Source of the DNA: Alphaproteobacteria bacterium
GTDB taxonomy: Bacteria; Pseudomonadota; Alphaproteobacteria; GCA-2731375
Assembly (NCBI GenBank): GCA_965225945.1
Contig: CBDDBZ010000035.1
Coordinates: 1-64,000 of the forward strand
Reading direction: 5' to 3'
DNA: 64,000 bases
Shown piece after piece: positions 21,698-32,881 of the stretch. Position numbers and translations under genes: made by a program. A model generated the notes under the pieces. The model did not search any database, was not told where the DNA came from, and saw only the letters and a list, made by a program, of their open reading frames with translations. Positions within the stretch are counted from its first letter, which is position 1. Every line of letters begins with the position of its first letter.

Positions 21698-23088
21698 GGT
21701 GGTGTCGCAAGGTTGGTGGAAAATTGGAGAACTGGCGTAAACTCCTGATTGTAAAACATTCAGAAAGGCGGTGTGCAGCCGCCGAAAGGAGCTTACGCCA
21801 TGAAACATCTTACGGCATCGACGTCGCCCAGTCCATTTTCCGGTGAGAATTGGTTCGATCCCCTGGAGGATGCGATCCGCTTTCGCGTCCGCGCCTTCAT
21901 CGAGGCTGTGGTGGCGGAGGAAGCGCAAGCGGCGCTGGGCGGCCGTGCGCGCTATCAACGCAGCGGCGCGCCCAAGGGTTATCGCAACGGCCACCGGCAT
22001 CGGCAGCTTGTCGGCACCTTCGGAGCGCTGACGGTTTCGCTCCCCCGCGTCCGCCTGCTCGATGGGGATGGCGGTGAGAAGGAATGGCGGAGCCAGACCA
22101 TCCAGGCCTACAAGCGGCTGACCAAACGGGCCGAGGCGATTATCGCCAATACGTACCTTGCCGGCACCAACACGCGCCGTGTCCGCCGAGCGCTGGCCGG
22201 CCTGTTCGGGGGCAAGGTCGGCAAGGACGCGGTGAGCCGCGCCTGGCGCAAGGTAAAGACCGACTGGGAGAGCTGGCAGGCTCGGGACTTGTCGGGCGAG
22301 GACATTGTCCGGCTGATCCTGGATGGCACCGGCGTCAAGGCGCGCCTTGATGGGCGAGTGCTGTCAATCCCGCTGCTGGTCGTGCTTGGGGTGCGGCGGG
22401 ACGGCCAGAAGGTTCTGCTCGCGGTCAAGAACATGGGCGGGGAGACCGAGGCGGCCTGGCGCCATGTCCTGGAGGACCTTCTCGGCCGTGGCCTGAAGGC
22501 GCCGGAGCTTCTGATCGTAGACGGCGGCAAGGGCCTGGAGGCGGCGCTGGCCAGCCTGTGGAGCGATATTCCGGTGCAGCGCTGCACGGTGCACAAGGAG
22601 CGCAACCTCCTCGCCCATGCGCCGAAGGCGTTGCACGACGAGGTCAAGGCCGACTACACCGACATGATGTACGCCGAAAACGCCGAGCAAGTGCGCAAGA
22701 AGCGCAAGGCCTTCCTGGCCAAGTGGCGGCTCCGCTGCCGGGGCGTGGCGGACAGCCTGGAAGAGGCGGGGGAGCGGCTGTTCACCTTCCTGCGCTATCC
22801 GCCGCAGCAATGGAAGTCCTTGCGGACCACCAACGCCATCGAACGCCTGCACGGGGAATTCAAGCGCCGGGTGAAGACCCAATGCGCACTACCCAACGCG
22901 GAAACGGCGGCCATGCTGTTCTGGGCCTTGATGGCCTCGGGGCAGATCACCATGCGCCGCGTCGGTGGCTGGCAAACACTCGACCAAGCGCCGGTCAAGA
23001 AGCCGATTGACCTCGCCGCCTGATTGAGCAACCATCGTGATCGGGAGCTACGCCAAAAACCAATTTCCACCAACTATCGGACACGACC
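21698..23088 (+). mobile_element. IS256-family element (transposase 21800-23023)
   Basis: LILDG, IVDGGKGL, QRCTVHK and TTNAIERLH motifs. Imperfect IRs GGTGGTGTC/GACACGACC. No TSD seen. Confidence 0.93.
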
Positions 23089-23332
23089 GACAACTACGAT
23101 GACCGCCACTCGATACCTTGCTACCATCTGCTACCCCAGTTCGCCACCACCCTGACGGAGCACGCCCACATGCGCATTTTTCATCTCGCCGCCGCTCGTT
23201 CGGCCGCACCCTTCCGCTGTGCCAACCGTCCACCGGGGAACACCTAGAGAACAGCAATCCACTGCCGAAGCGCTCTGGACACCATCGGCCACGCCAACTA
23301 AGCCGCAGAACAAATACTCGAGGAGACGAGAG

Positions 23333-23824
23333 GTGGCACGCCGGGTTTTTTCAGTTTTCACTTTGCAAACGACTTTTGGCGAACCCAGCAAGTCCGCAAC
23401 ATCAATGCTCTGGAAGGCCAGAGGCTTGCAGCACCCAACGCGTGGGAGGAAATCAAGCGTAGCGGCGACGCAGCAGTCAAGAGGTGGGATTGCCACCAAT
23501 CTTAAGGGCAAGAGTTGCGTAGTAGTTCTTGTTGGCTCAGAAACTGCCGATAGAAAGTGGGTCCGCCACGAAATATTGGAAGGTTGGAACAACAGCAAGG
23601 GAGTATTAGGTATTCGCATCCACAAACTACTCGATAAGGATAGCAACCCCTCCCCAATTGGATCTAACCCGTTTGAGAAACTTTCCATATCCAATAACAA
23701 AAAAACACTCGCAGACATTGTTCCTCTAAAGAACCCTGCTGGTGCCAACAGCAAGGCAGTTTACGCATCTATTGCAAACAACATAGAGACATGGATTGAA
23801 GAGGCTATTGAGATCCGAGGTTAA
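23333..23824 (+). CDS. thsB: Thoeris ThsB-like TIR domain protein with two compensating frameshifts
   Basis: Corrected frame MARRVFFSFHFANDFWRTQQVRN...WEEIK...SCVVVLVGSETADRKWVRHEI...KGVLGIRIH...NPF. RBS GAGGAG upstream. Confidence 0.82.
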   Translation: MARRVFSVFTLQTTFGEPSKSATSMLWKARGLQHPTRGRKSSVAATQQSRGGIATNLKGKSCVVVLVGSETADRKWVRHEILEGWNNSKGVLGIRIHKLLDKDSNPSPIGSNPFEKLSISNNKKTLADIVPLKNPAGANSKAVYASIANNIETWIEEAIEIRG

Positions 23825-24073
23825 ACAAACGTATTCGGTTACAAGACACCAAACCGGGATTAAACGCCCTAATGTATGAAATTGGTATATTTGGCTGCTT
23901 CCCCGCATCTGTTTCCGCAACACTTGCGCGAACAATTCAGGATATGGTGGCTGACTTTGGCCTCGTCGTTGGCCATGACCTATTGATTCATGGTAACTAC
24001 CCAGGTCTGATTGGCCCGAGCGTTTGTATGTGAGGGATCGTGGGGGTCCGGGCTGGTAGCGGTGCCGGTGTTC

Positions 24074-25612
24074 TCAGAGGCGCAGTTGGGGGATTAGTTG
24101 CATCGGATCGGGATGCACCAGGGTCTGGAGGACGTTCCAGCCTTGCTTTCGGGCGGTGGCGATGACGGCACGCATTCTGGCGAAGTTGTAGGCACCCCTC
24201 TCGGAGCGGAAGCCACCGGAGATCTTCTGGCGCAGCTTGGCCATTCGGAGGTCACGTTCGGCCTCATTGTTCGTAAACGGCGTGCGCGGGTCGGTGAGGA
24301 ATCGCAGGCATCCCTCCTTGTGCTTGCGGAGGCGGAGCGCGAGGTTATGACCGATGCGGCGTTTCTTTCGTCCGCGCTTGCCGGTCCGGAGCGGCGGCTG
24401 CGCCTCGTGGAAGGCGATGGCGTGGTCGAGGATGCGGGCCCAGGCCCGCGAGATCCGGGCCACCAGGGAGGCGGGCACGTCGCGGCCGTTCTCACGGGAG
24501 AAGCGGGTAGCCCTGTGTGCGCGCTCAAGGAGGCGGTGCATGCTCTTTGCCCAGTCTTCCTTCTCGATGTCGATCAGGGCCTGGAGTTCGCGCAGGTGAT
24601 GGGCGTTGCAGGCGCCGTGGCGCACGCCCTTGAGGGTGAAGTAGGCGGCGTAATCGTCATGGATGAGGATGCCTTCGAGGTCCTTTTCGACATCGCCGCG
24701 TCCCGCGCCGATGCGCAGGACGGTCAGGAATGGGGTGCACAGCACGTGGAGCCAGCGGGTACGGGCGGCGATCCGCAGGCCGGTTTCGTCGAGGTGCTTG
24801 ACCGGGACCGCTGTGCGGATCACGTCTGCGACATGGGCGAGGAAGGGCTCGAAGCGCCTGGCGGTTCGCCGGCCCATGGCGGTGATCGTGGCTGTGGAGA
24901 TGGACACTGCGAAGAGGTCGCTCATGAGTTCGGCCAAGCGCTTCTCGGGAACGAACTGGGCGTACAGCAGGTAGCTCACCCAGGCGGTGATGCGTGGCCC
25001 GTACTGGACCGGGGCGGTCACGCCGTCCGGGAAGACGGCTCCTGTCACGGTGGCGCAGGCGCCGCAGAGGCAGCGATGGGCGCGGTGTTCGGTGACCTCC
25101 AGGGGGCGTGGCTCGGGCACATCGAAGACCTGTCGACAGACGGGCGCGCGGTGACGGTCGGCGTCCGACAGCGGTGCGCCGCAGCCCGAACAGGCGGAGG
25201 GGTCATGATCCACAACATGGTCCGGGCTCTCGGTCCGCGCCAGCGTCGTTCCCTTGTGGCCCGGCTGGCCGCCGCTTGGCCTGCCGGACTTGCCGCGCTG
25301 GCTTCGGGTGCGCCTCTGGGTTCCGCTCTTCTTGCGCAGGCCGTCGCTGGCGGGCGGCTTGCTGCTGGTGGTGCTGTCAAGCGCCGCGCTCCGCTCGAGC
25401 TCGGCGATGCGGTCCCGCAGGGTCGCGTTCTCCCGCTCGAGCGCGGCATTCTCCCGGACGAGCGCCGTGGCCAGGCGCAACAGCCCCTGGCCCCATTCCC
25501 GGAAGGCCTTGACGACTGTGGTTGCGAAGGATGAGGGGTCAAGAAGATCTTGCAGGCACGCGAAGGCCTCGTCATGGGCGGCGAGGTCCTCGTGCCAGCG
25601 CGACAGCGTCAC
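24074..25612 (-). CDS. IS66-family transposase
   Basis: SSKPPASD, GGQPGHKG, HLDETG, CNAHHLREL and TNNEAERDLR motifs. Confidence 0.93.
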   Translation of the reverse strand: MTLSRWHEDLAAHDEAFACLQDLLDPSSFATTVVKAFREWGQGLLRLATALVRENAALERENATLRDRIAELERSAALDSTTSSKPPASDGLRKKSGTQRRTRSQRGKSGRPSGGQPGHKGTTLARTESPDHVVDHDPSACSGCGAPLSDADRHRAPVCRQVFDVPEPRPLEVTEHRAHRCLCGACATVTGAVFPDGVTAPVQYGPRITAWVSYLLYAQFVPEKRLAELMSDLFAVSISTATITAMGRRTARRFEPFLAHVADVIRTAVPVKHLDETGLRIAARTRWLHVLCTPFLTVLRIGAGRGDVEKDLEGILIHDDYAAYFTLKGVRHGACNAHHLRELQALIDIEKEDWAKSMHRLLERAHRATRFSRENGRDVPASLVARISRAWARILDHAIAFHEAQPPLRTGKRGRKKRRIGHNLALRLRKHKEGCLRFLTDPRTPFTNNEAERDLRMAKLRQKISGGFRSERGAYNFARMRAVIATARKQGWNVLQTLVHPDPMQLIPQLRL

Positions 25613-26274
25613 GGGTCCTCGGCATCGACGGCCATCATGGCGGCCAGCACCGCGAGGCGTTCGCCCGCCGGCAAGGCCTTGTAACGCCGGCCCCAGTTGG
25701 CCGCCTTACGCTTGATGCGCTGGCGGTCGGTGAAGTTCCGGCCTGCGTAGCTCGCCCAATGCACCCGGTCGGGCGCGAAGTTGAACCACACGACCTCGGT
25801 CCGCACCTGGGCCTGGGTCGTCACCTGCAGCGCCAGACTGCGCCAGCCCGCCAGCATCTCGTCATAGAGCGCCGAGGGATGGCCCGAGACCATCACCTGG
25901 CAGGGCAGATCCTTGAGCAGGTCCAGGAGCGCGACATGGTCGACCTCCTCGTAGTCGAAGCGATAGCGCCGTGCCGAACGGCGGGTCGCGTGCAGATAGG
26001 GGGGATCGCTGTAGACCAGCTCCGGGCCCAGAAACGGGAACGAGGCCAAAAAGGCATGGGCACAGCCATGCACCAACTCGACCGGGTAGTCACAGGCAAA
26101 GGCCTCGAGCGCCTGCGCATCGCGGTCGATGCCGATCGAGCGCACGCCCGTTGGCTTGCGCTTCATCAGCGCACCGCCCCCCAGGTGGCTCTCGATGTAA
26201 ACGCTGTGCGGCGGCATCAGCGCAATCAGCGCCTGGCACAGACCGCTCGTCGCCTTCGACCCAAAATATTCCAC
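25609..26274 (-). CDS. D12-class (Dam-like) N6-adenine DNA methyltransferase
   Basis: YFGSK, YIESHLGGG (motif I) and VYSDPPY (motif IV). GTGA overlap with the transposase start. Confidence 0.88.
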   Translation of the reverse strand: MEYFGSKATSGLCQALIALMPPHSVYIESHLGGGALMKRKPTGVRSIGIDRDAQALEAFACDYPVELVHGCAHAFLASFPFLGPELVYSDPPYLHATRRSARRYRFDYEEVDHVALLDLLKDLPCQVMVSGHPSALYDEMLAGWRSLALQVTTQAQVRTEVVWFNFAPDRVHWASYAGRNFTDRQRIKRKAANWGRRYKALPAGERLAVLAAMMAVDAEDP

Positions 26275-26423
26275 GCGCCGCTCCCGTCACACGAGAGCGC
26301 AACCCATAGACGCCCGATTCTATGGAGTCAAGAGACGATCAACGACGCGGCGGCGGAAACCCGGCCCCGGCGACCACCTACATCATCCTCTCGCGGTCAG
26401 GAGCGGGGTACCTGGGTAGTTAC

Positions 26424-27689
26424 ATACCGTTGTTGCTTTTCAAAACCCATCTGATTTTCAGAAAGATCCGTTGACGGAAGTCCTACAAGCTGGAGCTCGC
26501 GAGTTGTTGGCCCAAGCCGTTGAGGCCGAGGTCTCCGTGTTTTTGGGTAGCCATGCGGCGCTTGTTGACGCCGCCGGCCGCCGCCGGGTTGTCCGCAATG
26601 GATATCTGCCGGAACGCTTCATCCAGACCGGGATCGGCCCGGTGAGCGTGCGCCAACCCCGTGTGCGGGACCGGGGGGACGGCGCCATCCGCTTCACGTC
26701 GGCGATCCTGCCGCGCTATCTGCGCCGCGCCAAGAGCCTGGAAGACCTTTTGCCATGGCTGTATCTGAAGGGCATTTCCACCGGCGACTTCGGGGAAGCC
26801 TTGGCGGCGCTCCTGGGGAGCTCCGCGCCGGGGCTTTCGGCCTCCACGATCACCCGGCTGAAAGAGGTCTGGGGGGTTGAGGCGGAGCGCTGGCAACGGC
26901 GCGACCTCACGGCCAAGCGCTACGTCTATTTCTGGGTGGACGGCATCTATTTCAGCGCCCGCATGGAGGAAGAGAAGCAGTGCATCCTGGTGATCGTCGG
27001 GGCCACGGACAAGGGACAGAAGGAACTGATCGCCATCGCCGACGGCTATCGCGAAAGTGAGCAGTCCTGGCTCGAAGTTCTGCTCGATCTCAAGCGGCGC
27101 GGCCTTGAAATGGGTCCGCAACTGGCGCTCGGCGACGGCGCGCTCGGCTTCTGGAAGGCGCTCCGCCAAGTCTACCCAGGCGCCCGCGAGCAACGCTGCT
27201 GGGTTCACAAGACGGGCAACGTCTTGAACAAGCTGCCCAAGGGTCTGCAAAAGAAAGCCAAGGGGCGCCTGCAAGACATCTGGATGGCCGAAACCAGGAA
27301 GGATGCCGAGAGCGCCTTCGACTTCTTCCTGGAAGCCTACGGGCCGAAGTACGACAAGGCCGCGGCCTGCCTGGCCAAGGACCGCGACGTCCTGCTGACG
27401 TTCTACGACTTCCCCGCCGAGCACTGGAAGCATGTACGCACGACCAACCCCATCGAGAGCACGTTCGCCACGGTTCGTCTGCGCACCTACCGGACCAAGG
27501 GCTGCCTGTCGCGCAAGACGGCGATGGCCATGGTCTTCAAACTATGCCAGTGCGCTCAGAGAAAATGGAGAAAACTCGATGGATCGAACCATCTCGCCGA
27601 GATCATTCGCGGCGTCAAATTCGTAGATGGAGAACGCCAGGATCGCGCCGCCGCATGATCAGCCCATACACAACTTTTGACAATAGCTC
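26424..27689 (+). mobile_element. IS256-family element, 5' end removed at the IS66 boundary (ORF ends 27658)
   Basis: DPLTEVL...YFWVDGI...QRCWVHK...TTNPIES. Right IR ...TTTTGACAATAGCTC. Confidence 0.92.
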
Positions 27690-27823
27690 GGGTCAGTCCG
27701 GAGTTCATCGATATTTCTGACTGTGCACCAGTGTTTCACATAGAAGACAGTTTCGCTTGGCGACTCTATGATGCTGGAACTTGGTTTACAGATCCGATTT
27801 TGACCTGAATCTGAGAGAGACTG

Positions 27824-28303
27824 ATGGCAAAATACGGGATCATTTACATCATTAAGAATGAACTGCACCCCGCAGATATCTATAAGATTGGATACACCAC
27901 AAATTGCATCCATGAGCGTGTAGACGCATTGAATAGGCAAACCTCAAACCCCGGAAAATTCAAGGTTTGCGGATATTTTCCCGTTACCGATGTAACTGAA
28001 GCGGAAAAGTTGTGTCATCGCCATTTGGAACAAGTGGGCTTTGAAAAACGAAAAGAGTTCTTTAAAGGTTCTATTAATCAGCTCTTGACAGAAGTTGAGA
28101 GAATTTGTTCTCCTTTCCAACCCAAGCAATTCATCTCCGAAGAGTATATGGACGGAGAAATAAATTCAGACAAGAAATCAAAGCAGAAAGAAACGAAATG
28201 TGATGCGTGTGACGGGGAAGGGAGAGTAAGAGAACAACAGGGTTTTTTCACTATTGAAAAGCCGTGTTTCGTTTGCGGCGGTGGTGGAATAGTTTGGATT
28301 TGA
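27824..28303 (+). CDS. T5orf172/GIY-YIG-like protein fused to a DnaJ-type zinc finger
   Basis: GIIYII...YKIGYT...AEKLCH...KEFFK, then CDACDGEG-RVREQQGFFTIEKP-CFVCGGGG. Low GC. Confidence 0.8.
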   Translation: MAKYGIIYIIKNELHPADIYKIGYTTNCIHERVDALNRQTSNPGKFKVCGYFPVTDVTEAEKLCHRHLEQVGFEKRKEFFKGSINQLLTEVERICSPFQPKQFISEEYMDGEINSDKKSKQKETKCDACDGEGRVREQQGFFTIEKPCFVCGGGGIVWI

Positions 28304-28595
28304 GAGTTCGCCGATAACGATCAATTGTATTTCTGGCGGCCTGAGCGTCAACCGGAATATACTTTAAACCAGCCGCCAGATTGCCCGACGAACCGGGGCC
28401 TCCTCATAGAACTCGTCGCTTAGGAAGCGAGAACTGAACGAAGCAACACTTATCGACCATCTCGGTATTCCTTCAGTGCAATTGCACCGGTTTCGCGCTT
28501 CCCGGTGTCGGACAGAAGCCCGAACTGTCAATCGGCGTCTGAGCCGCTTGGCCGAAGATGAACAGGGACCGCTCGTCGCCTACGTCGTACCAACG

Positions 28596-28669
28596 TGTTG
28601 ATCGGCGTGGAATATTGACCCCCGATTGGGGGTAATCGGCGTCCAAAATTGACCCCCCATGGTTTGTTC
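28596..28669 (+). mobile_element. Isolated IS21 left end
   Basis: TGTTGATCGGCGTGGAATATTGACCCC, matching the end at 40730. Truncated by IS6. Confidence 0.85.
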
Positions 28670-29475
28670 GGCATTGTCACGTTAACAGCGTGGCTTCGGC
28701 ACGGCCGGTGCTTTAGCGTCTCTGGATGTGCAAGATATCCTACCGTCGTCACCGCTTTCCACCGGTCATCATCCAGCATGCCGTCTGGCTCTATTGCCGT
28801 TTCACGCTGAGCTATCGGGACGTTGAGGACCTGCTTGCCGAGCGTGGTCTCGACATCTCGTATGAGACAGTTCGAAGATGGGTCTTGAAATTCGGTCGGG
28901 CCTATGCGCGGCGGATTCAACGTCGGCGGCCACGACCGACCGAACGCTGGCACCTGGACGAGATGGTCGTCGTAATTCGAGGGAGGCAGTTCTATCTCTG
29001 GCGTGCCGTGGACAGTGAGGGCGAAGTCCTGGATTTGCTGGTTCAATCCCGCAGGAACGCTCGGGCGGCAATTCGGCTGATGCGGAAACTCTTGAGGAAG
29101 CAGGGCTTCGCGCCGGCGACGATTGTAACCGATAAACTCCGCTCCTACGGCACCGCGATCCGTTTGCTTGCCCTCTCGGCTCAGCATGAGCAAGGCCTGC
29201 GAAAGAACAATCGGGCAGAAAATTCACATCAGCCGGTGCGACGACGAGAGCGAAAGATGCAGCGGTTCAAATCGCCCGCGTCCGCGCAGCGGTTCCTCGC
29301 CGTCCATGCGACCGTCTACAACCTCTTCAACGTCCAACGCCATCTGGTCTCCCGCCGAACACTCCGCCAATTCCGCGGCGACGCGATGAGACAGTGGCGG
29401 CAAGTGACGACCGTTGCATAATCTCCGGCGTCGGCGCCCACAAGCTGGCCAAATGGCGGTTAACGTGACAACGCC
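28670..29475 (+). mobile_element. IS6-family element (transposase 28726-29421)
   Basis: IRs GGCATTGTCACGTTAA / TTAACGTGACAACGCC. WHLDE, YLWRAVD and NNRAENSH motifs. Confidence 0.95.
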
Positions 29476-29962
29476 ATGCGAGTATACAAAGGCGGCGTGA
29501 ATATCGAGCAAGTGAAAGCTTCTATTCGTGGTAGAGCAGCTGTCGATATTGAGTTGGCACGGGTGGGTAATGCAATAGACCACAGTACACGACTCGTTCA
29601 TGCTGGCTTTGGCCTGGGCACCTGGACTGGTGGTTTTCCGGGGACGAGGAAACGAATCAGCTCAATGGCTTGACGCCTGTCGATAGGATTGACGAGCTGT
29701 CGCCTTATCCACTCGAAACCGTATCGGAAGATGGATTTTGCCATCCTTTTGTGGGTTTTGAGGCGGATCGGCTCGGCCTCGTGGAGCTAATCGCCGACTT
29801 TGTGCGCCCAGCAGAAGGTGATGGAAAGGACGGCGGTGAGCTTGGAGTGTGGAACGGCGTGCAAAGTTGACCCCTGTTGAGGGGTGATCGGCGTCCAAAT
29901 TTGACCCCCTGAGCCTGGCTAGTCCAAGTCACCTCGTTTTTGGGCGGACGAGGTGGTGGGGG

Positions 29963-31474
29963 ATGTTGGTCGTGGAGACGATAGCGCGGATCCGGCGGGA
30001 GTATTTCGTCAAGGGGAAGCCGATCAAGGAGATCGTGCGGGACGTGAAGGTCTCGGGCAACACGGTGCGCAAGGTGATCCGTTCGCAGGCGACGGCGTTC
30101 ACCTACGACCGGCGGGTCCAGCCGATGCCGAAGCTGGGGCCGTGGACGGCCGAGCTGGAGCGGATGCTGGAGGCCAACGAGACCAAGTCGAAGCGGGAGC
30201 GGCTGACGCTGCTACGGATCTCCGAAGCCCTCGAGGGTCTGGGCTATGGCGGCGGCTACGACGCGGTGCGGCGCTACGCCAAGGCGTGGCGGTGGCGCCG
30301 TTCGGCATCGACGGCGCAGACCTATGTGCCGTTGGTGTTCTCGCCGGGCGAGGCCTATCAGTTCGACTGGAGCCACGAGTACGTGGTGCTGGCGGGGGTG
30401 ACGACCAAGGTCAAGGTCGCGCACGTCCGGCTGTGCCACAGCCGAATGTTCTTCGTCCGCGCTTATCCGCGCGAGAGCCAGGAGATGGTGTTCGACGCCC
30501 ACGACCGGGCATTCCGGCTGTTCCAGGGTGCCTGCCGGCGAGGCATCTACGACAACATGAAGACGGCGGTGCAGACCGTCCTCATCGGCAAGGAGCGCGC
30601 GTTCAACCGGCGCTTCGTGCAGATGTGTGGCCACTACCTGGTCGAACCGACAGCATGCACGCCGGGAGCGGGATGGGAGAAGGGGCAGGTCGAGAACCAG
30701 GTCGGGATCATCCGCGGTCGGTTCTTCACCCCGCGGCTGCGCTTCAAGACCTACGACGAGCTCAACGCCTGGCTCTTGGACCAGTGCGTCGCCTACGCCC
30801 GGCGTCATCCCCACCCGGTGTTCAAGGACAGGACTGTCTGGCAGGTGTTCGAGGACGAGCGTCCGTCCCTGGTCGGCTATCGCGGGCCGTTCGACGGCTT
30901 CCACGCGGTCCCGGCGTCGGTGTCGAAGACCTGCCTGGTGCGCTTCGACAGCAACAAGTACAGCGTGGCGGCGCGCGCCGTCGGCCGTCCGGTCGAGGTC
31001 CATGCCTACGCCGATCGCATCGTCATCCGCCAGGACGGCGAGATCGTCGCCGAGCATGCCCGGCGCTTCGGCCGCGACCAGACCGTCTATGACCCGTGGC
31101 ACTACGTGCCCGTGCTGGCGAGGAAGCCCGGTGCGCTTCGTAACGGCGCGCCGTTCAAGGACTGGGCGCTGCCCGGCGCCCTGGGTCGCGTGCGCGTCCG
31201 GCTCGCCGGCCACGACGACGGCGACAGGCAGATGGTCGAGATCCTCACCGCCGTGCTGGCGGATGGGCTGGCGGCGGTGGAGGCCGCCTGTGCCGAGGCG
31301 CTCGCTGGCGGCGTGTGCAGCGCCGACGTCGTGCTCAACATCCTCAATCGTCGGCGCCAGCCGTCCGAGACGGCGCCGATCCCGACGCCCGCGAACCTGC
31401 GTCTTCGCTTTGAGCCGGTGGCCGATTGCACCCGCTACGACCGCTTGAGGGGGGTCGGCCATGGAGCGCCATGA
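29963..31474 (+). CDS. istA: IS21 transposase IstA
   Basis: 503 aa, nearly identical to 646-2157. Confidence 0.96.
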   Translation: MLVVETIARIRREYFVKGKPIKEIVRDVKVSGNTVRKVIRSQATAFTYDRRVQPMPKLGPWTAELERMLEANETKSKRERLTLLRISEALEGLGYGGGYDAVRRYAKAWRWRRSASTAQTYVPLVFSPGEAYQFDWSHEYVVLAGVTTKVKVAHVRLCHSRMFFVRAYPRESQEMVFDAHDRAFRLFQGACRRGIYDNMKTAVQTVLIGKERAFNRRFVQMCGHYLVEPTACTPGAGWEKGQVENQVGIIRGRFFTPRLRFKTYDELNAWLLDQCVAYARRHPHPVFKDRTVWQVFEDERPSLVGYRGPFDGFHAVPASVSKTCLVRFDSNKYSVAARAVGRPVEVHAYADRIVIRQDGEIVAEHARRFGRDQTVYDPWHYVPVLARKPGALRNGAPFKDWALPGALGRVRVRLAGHDDGDRQMVEILTAVLADGLAAVEAACAEALAGGVCSADVVLNILNRRRQPSETAPIPTPANLRLRFEPVADCTRYDRLRGVGHGAP

Positions 31475-32189
31475 GGTCCTGGAGATGATGGCCGCACTCA
31501 AGCTCGCCGGCATGCGCGACGCGTTCGACGAGGTGCTCGCCGACGGCCTCAAGCGCCAGCATCCGATGCAGCGAATCATCGGCGAGCTGTTGAAGGCCGA
31601 GATCGCCGACAAGCAGGCGCGATCCATCAAGTACCAGATGAGTGGCGCCAAGCTGCCGCTGGCCAAGGAGCTGGCCGACTTCGACTTCACCGACACCCCG
31701 GTCAACGAGCCGCTGGTCCGCGAGTTGGCGGTCGGCGGCTTCCTGGCCAACCAGCGCAACGCCGTGCTGATCGGCGGCACCGGCACCGGCAAGAGCCATC
31801 TCGCCGTCGCCATCGCGCGGGCCTGCATCCGCGATGGCGCCCGGGGCCGCTTCTTCAACGTCGTCGACCTGGTCAACCGGCTCGAGGCCGAAGCCCGCGC
31901 CGGCCGTCAGGGCCGGCTCGCCGATCAGCTGGCCCGGCGCGACCTCGTCATCCTCGACGAGCTCGGCTACCTGCCCTTCGCCCAAACCGGAGGCCAGCTG
32001 CTGTTCCACCTCGTCAGCCGGCTCTACGAGCGCACCTCGATCATCGTCACCACCAACCTGACCTTCGGCGAATGGCCGTCCGTCTTCGGCGACGCCAAGA
32101 TGACCACCGCGCTCCTCGATCGTCTGACGCACCACTGCGAGATCATCGAGACCGGAAACGACTCCTGGCGCTTCAAGAATCGGTCCTAA
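31461..32189 (+). CDS. istB: IS21 helper ATPase IstB
   Basis: [15 protein letters not shown] and LDRLTHH motifs. Confidence 0.96.
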   Translation: MERHEVLEMMAALKLAGMRDAFDEVLADGLKRQHPMQRIIGELLKAEIADKQARSIKYQMSGAKLPLAKELADFDFTDTPVNEPLVRELAVGGFLANQRNAVLIGGTGTGKSHLAVAIARACIRDGARGRFFNVVDLVNRLEAEARAGRQGRLADQLARRDLVILDELGYLPFAQTGGQLLFHLVSRLYERTSIIVTTNLTFGEWPSVFGDAKMTTALLDRLTHHCEIIETGNDSWRFKNRS

Positions 32190-32554
32190 AGGCAACCGAT
32201 CCACCTGCCGCCCGGTCACCCAGGTGGGCCCACAGGAACCTCCCACGCGCGGTCCGCCGCCAGCCGCGTGGTGGGCGCGTCGGCCCGCGCGCGGGCCCCT
32301 CCTATGGACTACCTGTACGACCTCCGCCGTGCATCCCCAAAGGGGTCAACATTGCACGCCGATAGGGGGTCAATGTTCAACGCCGATTGACAATTGATCA
32401 TCAGCGTGCTCCGGTAGGGTCTGGCTGCGAGACCAACCTGACCGGAGAGAACACCGACTGCTATGCCAGAGTAGTTCAATAGTTCACTTGACTTGGCTTT
32501 GCCCCCGTTAGGCGGTCCATGTCCCAATAAGAGAGATTGATCAGGGTGAAAAGT

Positions 32555-32881
32555 ATGACAAGAACGGTTTTTCGAGCAATCGTGGCCTGCGGTGTATTGT
32601 TGTCGTCGGCATGTGCGACCCCGGATGTCGTTTCGGTTCGACAGATTGGCGACGACAAATTGAATTGCGAGCAGATCAAGGAACAGTTTGCTGACGCGCA
32701 GGAATTCGAAAAGAAGGCCAGGAGAGAGAAAGGCGTAACGGGGACTAATGTCGCGGCAGCATTGTTTTTCTGGCCCGCCTTGCTGGCGACGTACACGAAC
32801 ATTGAAGAAGCGACGACAGCCGCGAAGGATCGGCAAATCCATCTCCAAAAAAAAGCCCAGAAAATGGGATGCTCTCTCTGA
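32555..32881 (+). CDS. Small putative lipoprotein
   Basis: Signal peptide with lipobox LSSAC. The stop codon lies at the IS5 junction. Confidence 0.7.
   Translation: MTRTVFRAIVACGVLLSSACATPDVVSVRQIGDDKLNCEQIKEQFADAQEFEKKARREKGVTGTNVAAALFFWPALLATYTNIEEATTAAKDRQIHLQKKAQKMGCSL

Larger units (their letters stand above)
23993..26423 (-). mobile_element. IS66-family (single-transposase type) element with passenger methyltransferase
   Basis: 13-bp IRs GTAACTACCCAGG / CCTGGGTAGTTAC enclose both the transposase and the MTase gene. Confidence 0.9.
29848..32392 (+). mobile_element. IS21-family element, complete copy 2
   Basis: TG...CA ends with multiple GGGGTCAA/CGCCG repeats. Intact istA and istB. 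Confidence 0.96.

Noticed and set aside
20564-23824. DUF900 + TIR as a two-gene Thoeris-like operon
   Set aside because: The genes are divergent and separated by an IS256 lacking a TSD, so their adjacency may be due to rearrangement.
29476-29847. Small ORFs between IS6 and IS21
   Set aside because: A fragment bounded by two IS ends with no assignable product.
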